NCBI GenBank assembly: GCA_038087875.1
Contig: CM075979.1
Location: forward strand, 86,800,001-86,864,000
Reading direction: 5' to 3'
DNA length: 64,000 bases
DNA from: Malacoraja senta
Lineage: Eukaryota
Part shown: in pieces, positions 37,619 to 50,515 of the stretch
How positions within the stretch are numbered: position 1 is the stretch's first letter
Layout of the letters: each line of letters opens with the position of its first letter
Program-made: the position numbers and the translations under genes
The notes under the pieces: generated by a model
Database searches by the model: none
Seen by the model: the letters and a program-made list of their open reading frames with translations, nothing else
What the model was told of the DNA's origin: nothing

Positions 37619-37810
37619 ATCGTCCAGTCACTATTAGAACTGAACCAGAATCGCAGTAAACTGAAGCTGTACATAGGACACCTCATGGCTTTGTGTCAGG
37701 ACCGTGACTCACAGATTCTTCAAGGATTGACACCACCTCCAGCGTACGGTGGCATTGATAACAACAGGGCAATGTGGGAGGAAGCACTGCAGAAGATGAC
37801 CTCAGAGCAG
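37619..37810 (+). CDS. ERC1: Internal coding exon of ELKS/RAB6-interacting/CAST family protein (ubiquitous-isoform C-terminal region leading into the FIP-RBD domain)
   Basis: Acceptor tgtgttttcttcccacAG (37617-18) and donor CAG|GTATGA; 192 nt, phase 0/0, open. Translation IVQSLLELNQNRSKLKLYIGHLMALCQDRDSQILQGLTPPPAYGGIDNNRAMWEEALQKMTSEQ closely matches my recollection of human ERC1 IIQPLLELDQNRSKLKLYIGHLTTLCHDRDPLILRGLTPPASYNLDDDQAAWENELQKMTRGQ. Paralogue ERC2 is not formally excluded. Not in the ORF track. Confidence 0.9.
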
Positions 37811-39329
37811 GTATGAGAAAAGTATGGATAGTTATTGGTCAAATGTGATTTTCTTTCTTTTGCAATGCAGACAGCTCAGTGAAATTTGCCACACTCCTCT
37901 TGTACACCTACTCTCTGATGTGTTGTCAAGCATCTTCCCACAGCTGTCAAAATAGTCTAATCATTCAAAACCTTTTGAACTAATAAGCCCATGAGTTCAC
38001 AATTTATAGCTAATTCATTTCTGCTGCGTGAAGGCTTTATTGGAGCGACATTTATCATTCTAAGGTTATAGCTACATTATTCATATTGTATAGAAAGTCC
38101 TAATGTGTTTTTTTCCTTGTACCAAAGATGTATCAATGTTGCAATGTCACAATAATTAACTTACCTTTTCATTTCCAAGGCCTGGTAAGGGCTTTGTAGC
38201 AGGGGAAAGAAAGGTGTGAATCAAGTTGAGATGTTCAGGTATATATTGTTGGTTTCCTGAGGGCAGAATGGTGTTTTGCATCAGAGATTCTTAAAGAAAA
38301 CTGGAAATCTTCATGTAATACATTTGCTGGACCTGGTTGTCATAGAAATGTGAATGGAATCATGGAGGACAAAATGAAATATGATCACCAATAATAGTCA
38401 AATTTATTGAAAAGAGGATTTCTTTGACTGCTGTTATTTTACTGACGTGTACAAACAAAAGGACGAAGAATAATCCAGGAGAGTACGTACAATAGCTCAA
38501 AGATTTTAATTCAACTCAATAAAATCTAAAGGGGAAAGCACGTTACTTTGTTCAGGCAACTGAAATGGTGTCAAATGGAGAACTTTCTGCCTTATTTCCG
38601 TAAAACAGGAAGGTTTACCACTGCAATAAAAGGCTTCATTATATTTGCTAACTAATTTTAATCTTTCTTAACATACCCAACAAATTATCCGCTAATAAGT
38701 TGTTGTTATTTTGGGTTGTCATTATCCAGCAATTTACAAAATGTTTTCACTTCTAATGTTTTAGTGTTCTGCAGGATTGTTTATTAAGACAGTCAGACAA
38801 ACGGGAATATAGGAATTTGTGCATAAACGGTGAGGTTTCGTATTTTTTAATGTAGCCTATAATTGCGCGTGAGGTAAACTGGCAGAGTGTATGTCATAAT
38901 TCTTTTATTTTATTATAAGTACAAAGGAGTTGTTAGTACACTCTAAATTATACATTGTTTAGCAAATTAGAAAGAGTTTGAAGTGAAGGAATGTCTTATT
39001 TATAATGAAATTAAAATTGACCATGGTGCAGTATTTATGTTATCAAAGTGAGGGCTGTTAATGATGCAAATAGAACTCTTACAATTTCAGACAGCCACTC
39101 AAACACTCCCGAGTCCAGTGTTCCCCAACTAAATGTGGGATAAAGTTCCCTCTGCCTTGCCCCAATAATATGCTTTGAGCCAAAGCTCAGAAAGACTCTG
39201 AAACGACACTAATATGGGTAAAAGATTTAAAACTATTTTCCACATCAGTCATCCTGTGGCCTCAGTTGATTTGCCAATCTAATATAAACTAGCAGCTGTT
39301 TTGTACTTGAATTGGAGGCACACTAGAAT

Positions 39330-40992
39330 GAATGAATGAATGAATACTTTATTGTCATTATAACATGTAAACATGTACAACAAAATTAGAAATGCCAACC
39401 AGTCAGTGCACCATTCACACATTTTCTAAAAGCAAAAGTCTAAGATAAACAACTAAAATAAATAACATGGAAAAAAAACATTCTTCTGTCGATTTCATAG
39501 TCCCTTTGGTGTGTAGCACACCTGTACTCATTTGGTGGCTACATTAAGTGTAGTTATTGCTGTGGGATAAAAACTGTTTTTGAGTCTGTTTGTCCTTGTC
39601 CTCATTGATCTGTACCGTCTGCCTGATGGCAACAGTTCAAACAGGGAGTGACCGGGGTGGAAAATGTCCTTTATGATGTTCTGGGATTTTTTGAGACAGT
39701 GGGAACTGTGTAGGTCCTCCAAGGTGAGGAGAGGGCAGCCGATAATCTTCTGGGCGTTGTCAATAGCCCTCTGGAGCGCTTTCCTCTTAGCCGCTGTGCA
39801 GCTGGTGTACCACACGCATACACAGTATGTTAAGATGCTCTCTATTGAAGGATAGCAGCAGTCTCTGGGTGATGTTGTTCTTCCTGAGCACCCTCAGGAA
39901 GTACTGTCTCTGCTGGACCTTTTTCAGCAGCGCAGAGGTGTTCACGCTCCATGTCAGGTCCTCCTCAATGTGGATTCCCAGGAAGCAGAAATTCGCCACC
40001 CTCTCCACACAGTCCCCTCTGATGATTAGTGGTGTAATGTCCATTTTCTTCTTCCTGTAATCTATTATGAGCTCCTTGGTCTTTGAGGTGTTGAGGAGCA
40101 GATTATTTTCTCCACACCACCCTGTCAGCTGCTCCACCTCATCCCTGTAGGCGTACTCATCCCCCCCAGAGATGAGCCCCACCACCGTGGTGTCATCCAC
40201 GAATTTGACAATGGTGTTACTGTGGTGGGCGGGGGTGCAGTCATATGTGTAGATGGTGTAAAGCAGGGGGCTCAGCACGCAGCCCTGTGGAGAGCCGGTA
40301 CTGAGGCTGAGGGCCGTAGATGTGTGATGGCCCACTCTAACTCTCTGACTGCGACCCGACAGGAAGCTCTTTATCCACATGCAGGTGGAGTGTGGAAGTC
40401 CCAGGTCCCCCAGTTTGTCCACCAGTTTGTGGGGAAGAATGGTGTTAAAAGCAGAGCTGTAGTCCACAAAGAGCATCCGCACGTAGCTCCCCCGCTGCTC
40501 CAGATGTGACAGTGCAGCATGGAGGGCTGTGGCTACAGCATCCTCTGTGGATCTATTCGCTCTATACGCAAACTGGTGGGGGTCAAAGCTTCGGGGCAGG
40601 AGTGATGTGATGTGACCCCGGACCAGTTTTTCAAAGCACTTCATCACCACTGGTGTGAGTGCGACTGGCCGGTAGTCGTTGAGGCTGGAAATGTGGGGTT
40701 TTTTGGGCAAAGGGACTATGGTGGAGGACTTCAGACAGGATGGGACAGTGGACTGGGCCAGAGACTGGTTGAAAATCCTCGTAAAGACTCCGGCCAGCTG
40801 GTCTGCGCAGTCCTTCAGCACGCGTCCAGAAACGCCGTCGGGTCCAGCAGCCTTCCTCGGATTGATGGCCCGCAGCGTGCGCCTCACCTCATGCTCCTCT
40901 AATTTGAGGGATAAGCTGCTGTGGACCATGTGGTGTGATATGGCTGTCTCTGGTGGCTCCACTTCAAAGCGAGCAAAGAAGAGGTTCAGCTC
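39330..40992 (-). mobile_element. 5'-truncated Rex1/Babar LINE: RT domain plus 3' UTR
   Basis: ORF 39787-40962 with KAAGPDGV, NDYRPVALT, QFAYR.NRST.DA, LF.DYSSAFNTI, GSPQGCVLSPLL, KFVDD; continues after a frameshift in 39528-39815 (LLPSGRRYRS..T.RLKNSF.P.AI); AATAAA + (CATT)n tail; 7-bp TSD ctagaat at 39323-39329 and 40993-40999. Confidence 0.93.
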
Positions 40993-42324
40993 CTAGAATT
41001 AGGAAACTAAGCAAAATACTTTGTATGGAACCGATACAATTTACAGAGTAAACTTTTAGTCATCCATCTAGAATGTGTTGAACGTGGGACCAAGAGGCGA
41101 ATACAGTGAATGTTCACTCAAACACGCATTTAACTTCTATTATAACTTCACATTATATTTGTAATATATTGCAAAATTTCAGGTTCTTTCCTCTCCCGAT
41201 GCTTTCAATACGATGCTCTAGTTAATAAAGTCATTGTGCCTTTAGTTCACCTATATAAATTGAATTTAAAATAAGGGAATAAAAGACAATTCAGTGGCAT
41301 CTGAAATTCTGTACATGCCTCATTTTTGTTATCAGTAGCTACACGGGGAGACATCAAGTACTTCTTAGTGAAAGAGCCACATTGGATTGTTACCAGACAT
41401 GCACTTTGATGGCAGAGGAGCTAATAGATCGTAGCTTAGATCTATCAAATTTTAGATAAAGCAACGTAAAAGCTTATGTACTTACTCTACATGAAAGGTT
41501 TTGTGGTTAAGAACAGTTATTGTCTTGTGCTCCTTGCAGCGATGTAATCTACTTATTATAAATGTACAAAATAATTATTATCCAAAAATATTATGTGTAG
41601 CCTTCATGAGAACTCACGGAAACCACAACTGAAAATGTGTGTTGGTCTCTCTAGCTGCTTGAACATGCCTCTGCAGCGTAGTAAATGGCATAAGCCTTTG
41701 AATGCTCCAATAATTGAAGCCAACCCTACACATTCTTCCCATGATTTATCACAAGACAGAAGGTATTCCACACAGCAGTCAGAGCACAGCAAATATTAAC
41801 TAACAAGAAATTAGTTTTCACCTCAGAGGTTAGCAGTCAGCTTGGTGAAACGTCTGCTGTCGGTGGAAATTTCCATTTATGAACAAAGACAACAAACCTA
41901 GTTGATAAAAAATGTTGATGAAATGATATCAACCGGCATCCTATCGAATCCATCTTTAATTGCCGTGACTTTGGACAAGGCTTTGGTTATAAATCGTAAG
42001 TGTCTTCTCGTGCACTGAGCCTTTCCAGGGATAAAAAATGTTCACTGATACACGGGCCAGTGCTTGAAGTCATACTCATTTATCTTGTCAATGTGTTTCC
42101 AAAACTGTGTCAATTTGAGGGCAGCAACAAAATGTCAGAATGTGCAGATGTATTTTCAGTAGCATCTTCAGTATCAGTGGCAGATTGTGATGCAGTGTAA
42201 TTAATGGTGCAATTTAATATTCCCTTGGCTCCTGTGACATGATAGACAAATTCCACTGCAGGCTGATGAATCATAAACCCGACCAAAAAATAGTACAAAG
42301 CATCATTACAACAATTGAGAAGTG

Positions 42325-42395
42325 AAGAAAAAGTGCTGGAGGAACTCAGCTGGTCAGGCAGCATCTCTGGAGGACATGGATAGGTGGCACTTTGA
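42325..42395 (-). mobile_element. PLE fragment
   Basis: aaagtgctggaggaactcagctggtcaggcagcatctctgg. Confidence 0.7.
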
Positions 42396-43359
42396 GAAGT
42401 AAAATTACATTTGTTAGTATTGTGACTCCAGCATATTTCAGTTGTGATTTAAGTAGGGATTAAGAGCATCTTGAAGGAGTCCTGATTGCAGCAGAATAAC
42501 AAGTATGTGTTTCATTGATCTATTTCCATTCACACTGCAGATTTGCACCAGTTTTAGTGTCAGTCATTTTTCTGTTCTGAGATAAATATTCCAATGAATC
42601 TTGGGTATCAAGAAGATATATTGCCAGCCTTTAATCTTGAATGAAATGTCCCAGTATTGGTGGGAAAATCCCTAGATTGAAGGACACCTTGCTTCTAGAC
42701 AATCAAAACCCATTCACTATTTGATGCAGGAAATATAGTCTTCAGGTGGTTGACTTTGAGTTTATTCAACCCTGTGAGAAATAATGGATCGTTCCAACTG
42801 CAAATGGGAAATCGCCATTGACAGTAAATCAGTCTTCCACCATCTGAGCAGCTGCCTTTAGTGTGAGTGGCATCCTTAGATTACGTAATTGTACAGAAAT
42901 GGACGGAGGGAAATTTAAATAATCTAAGGGTTTTTTTTATCATGTTTTTTTTTTAATTGCTCATAAGTCTTAACACTATACTTGCTGTTTTATTAATAAC
43001 TGCACTGCACTTGCCTTCTGAAACCCAGAAGTTTATCTCTTCTGCCTTTCATCCAACTGGGTCAAAATCCTGAGGTTTCCGACAACTGACCATTGTCGAG
43101 AGTCATCACTAACAGATCAATATTACTGTAAGAAAACGCACTCCATCTCTTCAGGAACAAAGAATGAGCAGCAACTGCTGCCTTACTAGTATACCCATGT
43201 CTTGAGAAATAAAGAAATATCTTACTTGATCAATGTTTGAGACACTGAACAATGGAATGGGCACAGCAGAAGATGGTGAGTTTGATCATTTGACAGTTTC
43301 ATTCTTTGTCAGTCAGCTGCAAGATTTTACAATTTGGATGGGTGAAGGGTCGGAATGAT

Positions 43360-43512
43360 TTAGGTTTAAGCTTGTTATTGTCACGTGTACCAAGGTGCAG
43401 TGAAAAGCTTTGTTTTGCACGCTATCCAATAAAATCAGATAATATACAAAAGTGCACCGTCAAACTTAAGTTCAATAGGTAGAGCAAGCGGAAAGATACA
43501 GAGTGCAGAATA
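43360..43512 (-). mobile_element. LINE 3'-UTR remnant (same family as 2660-3795)
   Basis: ttattgtcacgtgtaccaaggtgcagtgaaaagctttgttttgc..aagatacagagtgcagaata. Confidence 0.65.
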
Positions 43513-44904
43513 GAGGGATAACATCACGTTAGATTTGGTTTGGAATGTTGCTTCTGGTAATCATTCATTGGGAGAACTGCAAGAGATTTTCAGATGATCC
43601 CATCATTTTTTTAATTATGCAGGGAAAAAAATGAGAGAGTCTTAAGAAAATCTAGGGAGAGTAATGGGCAGAAATATAACTAAAAACCAAAGAGATTATC
43701 TGTAAAGTTCTGACCGAGACAGATGTGTGTGCTTACCCATATCTATGCAAGTGCAGAGGGTTAAGTAAGATGTAAAACCTCCAGAGTAATAGGTAATTGA
43801 CTTTGTCAGCTGCCTGGCATGGAACACATGGGAATCATTAATACAAGTGCACAGAAGGAGAAGCTATTTGGCTGCAGAGGGTTAAGTTTAACAGGAAGCG
43901 ACCATCCACTAACATTTTTACAGGGCACTTGGCTCTTGTAAATGTCCTAGATTTATAAGAAACGGTTTCACATTTAAAACAAAATATTGAAGCAGTCATC
44001 TATCAGTCAAAGAAAATAATTTTCTGTAATGAAACAATTTGGGTGTTATTTATTTGTCCATTGGTCCCACGTGTTAAAGAATTCATTTTTGCATCTTTGG
44101 AATTCGAAGTTTAAATTAAATGCGGGGAATGACAAAAAATATCAAAAGTGTCAAATGTTTATAATGCAAGGAAAATAATAAATCAGTTTTACAGGATGTT
44201 CATACTTTTCTAGAAGAACATTTTTAAAGTTTTGTTGTATTCTTCGAGAATATTTTAACTTGGCCATTCTTTCACAATGACACACACATTTGCTGACTTC
44301 ACTATAAAACAGTGGATACCAGAAATGAGAAAGAAGCTTATAGTTGGATTTTTCTTTAATGCAGAAATATCTGACCCAGTCTTGAGAAATGTACTATGTT
44401 TTTTATTATTTGCTGGTTTCAGTGTAGCAGTGTGTGTGTCCTTGCCTGCGTGCATCTGTTTATGTGTTTATTTTGAAAGCAGTTCCTTTGAGAAGTCAGC
44501 TTGTTCCAAGTAATATAAACTGACCTTCTGGAAGGATAGTCTATAATAAAATGCCAAAACCACAAATTGTTATCATTCTGATTTGAGAGGAAGATTTGAG
44601 TAGGATCCAAATGAATATCGTTCTAAGATATTAATTGATTTCTTAAATAAACAGAATTCAGTTTTAAGACGGACCACACAGTTTGTTCGCCACAAGATAT
44701 CGTTTTGTAAAGCTTTTTTTTAATGAGTTATCACAAGCACGCCAAGTAGCAGAAGTTGTGAATGAGATTGGTAGACATAGGTTGGGTTAAAAGGCATGTA
44801 AATAAGTAAATAAACCCATAGAATTGGTTGGTATTTGAGAGTACTGTGGAAAGTTAGGCAATAGATTTATGAGGCAATGAAATCATTTCAATGGATACAC
44901 TAGA

Positions 44905-44995
44905 CACCAGCAGATTAGAAACAGGCTAATGTGATTCCTATCTTTAAAAAGGGTGATAAAAATACATGGGCAGCAACAGACCAATTAGTCTGCAA
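44905..44995 (+). mobile_element. Old CR1 RT fragment
   Basis: KQANVIPIFKKGDKN..RPISL motif. Confidence 0.6.
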
Positions 44996-46049
44996 TCATA
45001 TTTCAAATTATACAGACATAGAATTTTACAAAATCACAAAGAGCCGGGTGGCTTATTCACTGCATTCTGACTGACCAAACGAAAGGCCATCAGCACGATC
45101 CCAGCTCCAAGCCTGGATATAGCCTTGTACATTAGGGCATTTCACATTAATGTCCATATCCTCTACCCCCTTCCAGGCAATTAGATTCGGATCACTAATA
45201 GCCTGTGGGAGAACTTCCCTTACCTGATCGTTATAATCTTGGAATGCTGGGTTCTCTGTTGTGGGATTTGGATCCTTCTTGTACTCTCTGGACCCACCCC
45301 CCCCCCCCCCCCCTTATTTTTAAATTCACCAACTAAATATGCCCTTGGGTATATCTGTTCCAGTGGAAACAACTTCAACCTACCCACTCTTCTTATAATT
45401 GAGAAATGGCTTTCAACATCCTAGTAAATCTCCTTAGTATTTCTGCAAACACATCCTGTCTGTCATGTGGAGAGCACCAAATGATTGTTGTACCTTAGTT
45501 GTCAGTTTTCTTGTGATTATGCAGTTCCAGCATAACCACCCTTGTCTTACACTTTATGCCTGAACTAATAAAGTATCCTGTACAACCTTAATCAGTTTAT
45601 AAAATCTTAAGAAATATCTAGGTGTGGGCCACATGGCCATTCAACTAGAACTGCTATTTAAGAATCAATCTTCATCAATTTTCCTAACTGATTTTTGTTT
45701 ACCCTGATTCTTCTGTGTTCCAGGTATCTATGGATATATTGAATGACAGAGCATCCACTGCTCTCTAGATAGAGAATTCCAGCAACCCTTTACCTGTTAA
45801 GTAAAGAAATTCCTCATTGCATAGCTACATATTCATCTATATATTGTGAGACCGTCCCGAACTCCCAGCCGAAGGAAACAAACTCTCAGCACACATCCTG
45901 TCAAATCTCTTCAGAATCTAATCTTATTCGCTCTTATTATTTTCAACTCCAGTTGAAAATATCCAACTTACTATTTCCTTATAGTCAGAACTTCCATCAT
46001 TTCCTTTCTTGCTTCTATGAAATACATTTCACCCAGGTCTGAAATTGTA

Positions 46050-46235
46050 CGTAAAGCACAAACTCACAGGTCAGACAGCATCTGTGGAGAAAATGGACAG
46101 GCGACGTTTTGGGTTGAATAACGGTCCTGCCCCGAAATGTCATCTGTCCATTGCCTCCAAGATGCTTCCTGACCCGCTGAGTACCTCCAGCACTTTGTGT
46201 TATGCTCGAGATTCCAGCATCTGTAATCCATTATT
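46050..46235. mobile_element. Older palindromic PLE-derived element
   Basis: ggtcagacagcatctgtggag..cgtttt | cccgaaatgtc..gacccgctgagtacctccagcac..ttccagcatctg. Confidence 0.75.
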
Positions 46236-46239
46236 TCTC

Positions 46240-47220
46240 CTGGTGATGTATCTACTTTTTAACCCCAATAATATCCCCTTATTATATTCTCCCTAATTAA
46301 ATTTAAGTCATTCAATACTTCAAAATCCCCCTCCTTAATTACAGTATCAGTATTGCCCCCATAGTTTGTAAAGATAGACACAACTACTCATGATGAATCA
46401 TGCCCAAACATTCCACCTGACAACACAGATTATATTTCAGCCTTTAAGAGGCCCAGTCTTTCTTTAACTTTGCTCTTACTCTTCATATACTTCTGAAAAA
46501 AAAAGGATTTCCTTTATTTTCACATTTCAATGCTTTCCATGCCCTCTTGTTGCTTTCCCAGTGTCCTCCTTACTTTGACGTCTGGACTTTCACTGCACCT
46601 CTAGTCTTTCTGCAGTATGTTTAGATCTTGCTATCTGATATAAGTTCCCTTTTTTCCCCCCTAACTGTCCCTGTACGCACTTTGACATTCGGGGGTTCTC
46701 AAATTGGGAATCCCATTTATTTTTAGGGAACCTATTTGCTCTGAACCCTCACTGTCACCTTGAATGCCTCACAGTGCTCTGGCATTAATTTACCTTTGAG
46801 CAGCTGTTTCCAATTTTTGTTTGCTAAATTATATCTCAGCCAAGTAAAGCTTCCCTTCCCCCAATTCCGAACTTTACCCTGATCTATCTTTGGACCTTTC
46901 TGTGACATGCTAAATTTAGCTAAATATAATCACCAACACCAAAATGCTGTCCCAGTTACCTCTTCCACTGCTCAAATTCATTCTCGAAAACCTGTCCTGA
47001 ACTTCCCCCACTCATGTTGGTCTCATTACATACATGCTGAAACAGTCCCCATGAATTCATTGCCATGCAAACCTTTTAAACTGATTTTATACCAGTTAAT
47101 GTTGAAATGTGTCCATATATTTGCCCTCTACAGGGTCTATAAAAACATACCCGCATATTATGATAATGGAGTTATACTCATTTCTGTTCCCTTGTGGGAA
47201 CCTTCCAGCGTGTGATCTCT
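46240..47220 (-). mobile_element. Degraded CR1 ORF2 endonuclease/linker region
   Basis: - strand decayed peptide GQHFG.GD...VRNWGKGSFTWLRYNLANKNWKQLLKGK...EAFK. Confidence 0.55.
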
Positions 47221-47384
47221 CACATGACTTTTTAAGCAATGCTATCGACCACCCACCCCCCTCTTTTTTTTGTTTTCCCTACCTCGGACTGAAAAACATA
47301 TACTAGTAATATTGATCTGCCATCCACATCCTTTAAGCTGTGTGGCAATATCTGCTACATTCTCAAATTTCCCAATGTATAGCT

Positions 47385-47718
47385 GTGTCAGAATGAGGCC
47401 CAGTGCAAATTGGAGGAACAGCACCTCATATTTCGCTTGATGCACCCCAATGGTATGAACGTTGACTTCTCTAACTTCAGGTCGCCCTTGCTTTCTCTCT
47501 CCATCCCCTCCCCCTTCCCAGTTCTCCCACTAGTCTTACTGTCTCTGCCTATATTCTTTCCTTGTCCCACCCCCTCCTCTGACATCAGTCTGAAGAAGGG
47601 TCTCGACTCGAGACGTCGCCAATTCCTTCACTCCCTAGATGCTGCCTCACCCGCTGAGTGACTCCAGCATTTTGTGTCTACCTTCGATTTACGAGCATCT
47701 GCAGTTCTTTCTTAAACA
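47385..47718 (+). mobile_element. Penelope-like (Neptune-type) 3' end: GIY-YIG C-terminus, pyrimidine tract, hammerhead, pLTR tail
   Basis: QNEAQCKLEEQHLIFRL..HPNGMNVDFSNFR, then CTGAAGAAGGGTCTCGACTCGAGACGTC at 47590-47617, then the same sequence found in the mini-elements. Confidence 0.88.
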
Positions 47719-48140
47719 TATCGCCTCATCTGCCTTATTCTCACCATGACTTGCATTCATGTACACACTATTAAACATTGCCAACCTCTTCTCTGTCTAT
47801 TTTCTGGTCTCTGTTTCCTCTCTTACAAACTTGTTTACCGTTTGTCTGTCTGCCATTTCTAGTTTTTTACCTCAGCCTTCTACATGTACAATCTGTTTCT
47901 CACTCCCTTGCCAGGCTGGTTTTAACTCTTGCCAGGAACCCAAGCAGAAATCCTCATCATTCACTTTATTTGTACAATCCATTTGGCTTTCAAAGGTCCC
48001 ACATCCCCCAAAGAAGCCTCAGTGCTGCTGCGATCTGAAGAACTTTGTGCATCATCTCTAACCACTTGATTGCCTCCTTTTTCTGTTGATACAATGTTAT
48101 GGCACTGGGGGTTTCTGGTAATGACAAACATTGAGACCTG

Positions 48141-48232
48141 TTTAAGAAGGAACTGCAGATGCTGGAAAGTCGAAGGTAGACAAAAATGCTGGAATCCTCA
48201 CCCGCTGAGTTTCTCCAGCATTTTTATCTAAT
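48141..48232. mobile_element. Very short palindromic PLE-derived element with 11-bp TSD
   Basis: attgagacctg at 48130-48140 and 48233-48243. Confidence 0.85.
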
Positions 48233-48394
48233 ATTGAGACCTGCATTGATTCCTCTTCTCCTGAGATCCCTCAAATCTTTCTCACTCCTTTTTCTATCCA
48301 TGTCATTGCTACTGATTTTGGACCACAACTGTGTCTCCTCCTACAAGTGATCAGCTCTTGCGAAACCTTACAGAGCAGATGGAGGGGTGATGTT

Positions 48395-49230
48395 TAATTT
48401 GGATGAATAGTGCCACGGCAGAGGTCACAGCCTCAAAAGAAGAGGAGAGATATTGTAATCAGTGGGTGGTGAATTTTTGGAAATCGATACCGAAGAGAGT
48501 TGTGGAGAATAAATCACGAATGCATTCAAGACAGAAATAATGGATTTAGGGCATGTTAAGGGCATCGAGATATGGGATTAGCGAAGGAAAATGGGACTGC
48601 GGTAAAAAATGAGCCCAGATTTTATTCCATAGGAGGCACAAAAGGCTCAATGGTCCTGCTCCTGAGTATAGTGGTAGAGTCATACAGTACGAACACAAGC
48701 CCCTTGGCCCAACTTGTCCATGACAACCAAGATGCCCCAGCTAAATTAGTCCCATTTGGCCCATATCCCTCTAAACCTTTCCTGTCTGTGTACCTGTCCA
48801 CATGTCTATTAAATGTTGTTATGGTACGTGCCTCAAACACCATTTCTGGCAGCTTGCTCCATATACCCACCACTCTAGAGAGTTGCGAATCTGTGGAATT
48901 CTCTGCCTCAGAAGGCAGTGAAGGCCAATTCTCGGAATGCTTTCAGGAGAGAGTTAGATAGGGCTCTTAAAGATAGCAGAGTTAAGGGATATGGTGAGAA
49001 GGCAGGAACGGGGTACTGATTGTGGATGATCAGCCATGATCACATTGAATGGTGGTGCTGGCTCGAAGGGCCGAATGGCCTACTCCTGCACCTATTGTCT
49101 ACTGTCTATTGTCTATTGTCTAAGTGGAAAAAGTTGCCCCTCAGATTCCCATTACATCTTTCCCCTCTCACCTTAAACTTATCTCCTCTGGTTCTTGATT
49201 CCTCTAACTTGGGTCAAGGACTCTGTGATC
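48395..49230. mobile_element. Nested CR1 fragments: old + copy (48395-48665), - copy (48670-48875 and 49121-49228) interrupted by a younger + copy (48885-49120)
   Basis: gaatctgtggaattctctgcc..gaagggccgaatggcctactcctgcac + (CTATTGT)n tail lies inside catatacccaccac|..aaaaagttgcccctc. Confidence 0.8.
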
Positions 49231-49940
49231 CTTTCTTATATTCATATTATTTAATGCTCAAAATGGTTTGGAGATGCTCAGTGAAAATCTACTTTGTCAC
49301 CTGGAGGCAGCATTCCATCCTGAAATCTTGTAGCTGTAAAAGTAGCTCTCACCTTTGAATTCCCATTGTTGTTGCTTCCCTCGTGCACCCTCCTTTCCCA
49401 CTTCCCCCCTCTCCACCCCACCCACCCCACCACGTCTAATCCCAGCACCGCCGATCTCTGTGCAGCTGCACCGCCCACGGCACATGAATGAGCAGTTGTC
49501 TTTGCTGAGAAACCATCATCCTAAGCAGTTTTCTTATCTAAACATTGTCTAGATGTTGAAATACACTCGACTAGATGATTCATGGTTGATTTTTTTTTAG
49601 GTTTAGAAATTTACATTGGCATGTACTTTCAGAATTAATGTCGCGTAGTCATCGGTTCATTCTCGCAACAATCCAACCTTCCTGCTGAGCAGAGGCATTT
49701 CATTTCCAATGTAGTTTCGGAAAGGGAAACCTACCTTGTCCTTTCATCTGGAAATGGACAACACAAATACACAATGCCAGATAATGACACAATGTGACAT
49801 TATTTCATATGAAACATTGTTCATAAAGTTCAAAGCTGTGGAGATTTGGATGAATTTTAAGAATTTCAGAAAGTGCAGGAAACTGTCTAAATAGTAGAAA
49901 ATAGCAGGTACTTGTAAAATTTAAATCATGGTTGGGATAA

Positions 49941-50515
49941 AGGGGCTGTCCCACTTGGGCGACCTAATTGGCGAGTTTAGAAGAGTTTGAAAAAATGACA
50001 TGTTGTAGACCTCCTTCGACTATGTAGAAGACCTCCTTCGACCTCCTTTGACTATGTTGAAGACCAGCTTCGACTAGCTACGACTAGCTATGACTAACTT
50101 TGGGAAAACTGGACACCGAATAGTGGAGAGTGGAGACAACCTCCTTCGATCTCCTTCGACCTCCCTTCTACTTCCCTTCGACTATGATGAAGACTATCTA
50201 CGACTACCTTCGACTACCCTCGATTACCTACGACTAACATGCCAACCTACTATGACATACTACGACTAAACCTACGAGTAAAAAAAAGTATCGATTTTTT
50301 CCATGGCGACCTTTTTTTACTCGCGGGCATTTTTTTAACATATTGGAAAAAACGCCGCGACCTAGCTGATGCCTCGTGTACGCGGAGACCACTCTCGAGC
50401 ATGAAGGAGAGTTACGAAGACCTCCTACGACCTTGTGTCGACCATGCTGCGCATACGAGTCGAGGGCAAACTCGCCAGAACTCGCGGATTAGGTCACCCA
50501 AGTGGGACAGGCCCT
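49941..50515. mobile_element. Non-autonomous TIR transposon (PIF/Harbinger-like) with an internal array of ~11-bp degenerate repeats
   Basis: TIR AGGG(G/C)CTGTCCCACTTGGG(C/T)GACCTAAT; TAA on both flanks (49938-40, 50516-18); GAC(C/T)nnn(T)(T/A)C repeats at 50008-50280. Confidence 0.88.

Noticed and set aside
38775-38829. Possible 55-nt cassette exon (ctgcAG...ACG|GTGAGG)
   Set aside because: Frameshifting, weak pyrimidine tract and no similarity to ERC; indistinguishable from a pseudo-exon
39664-40996. + strand ORFs overlapping Rex1 (also 2897-3178, 3362-3589, 27125-27352, 35236-35600)
   Set aside because: Antisense shadows of LINE RT frames
50008-50280. CRISPR-like look of the short repeated units
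   Set aside because: Units are ~11 bp, degenerate and lack unique spacers; they lie inside a eukaryotic TIR element with no cas genes
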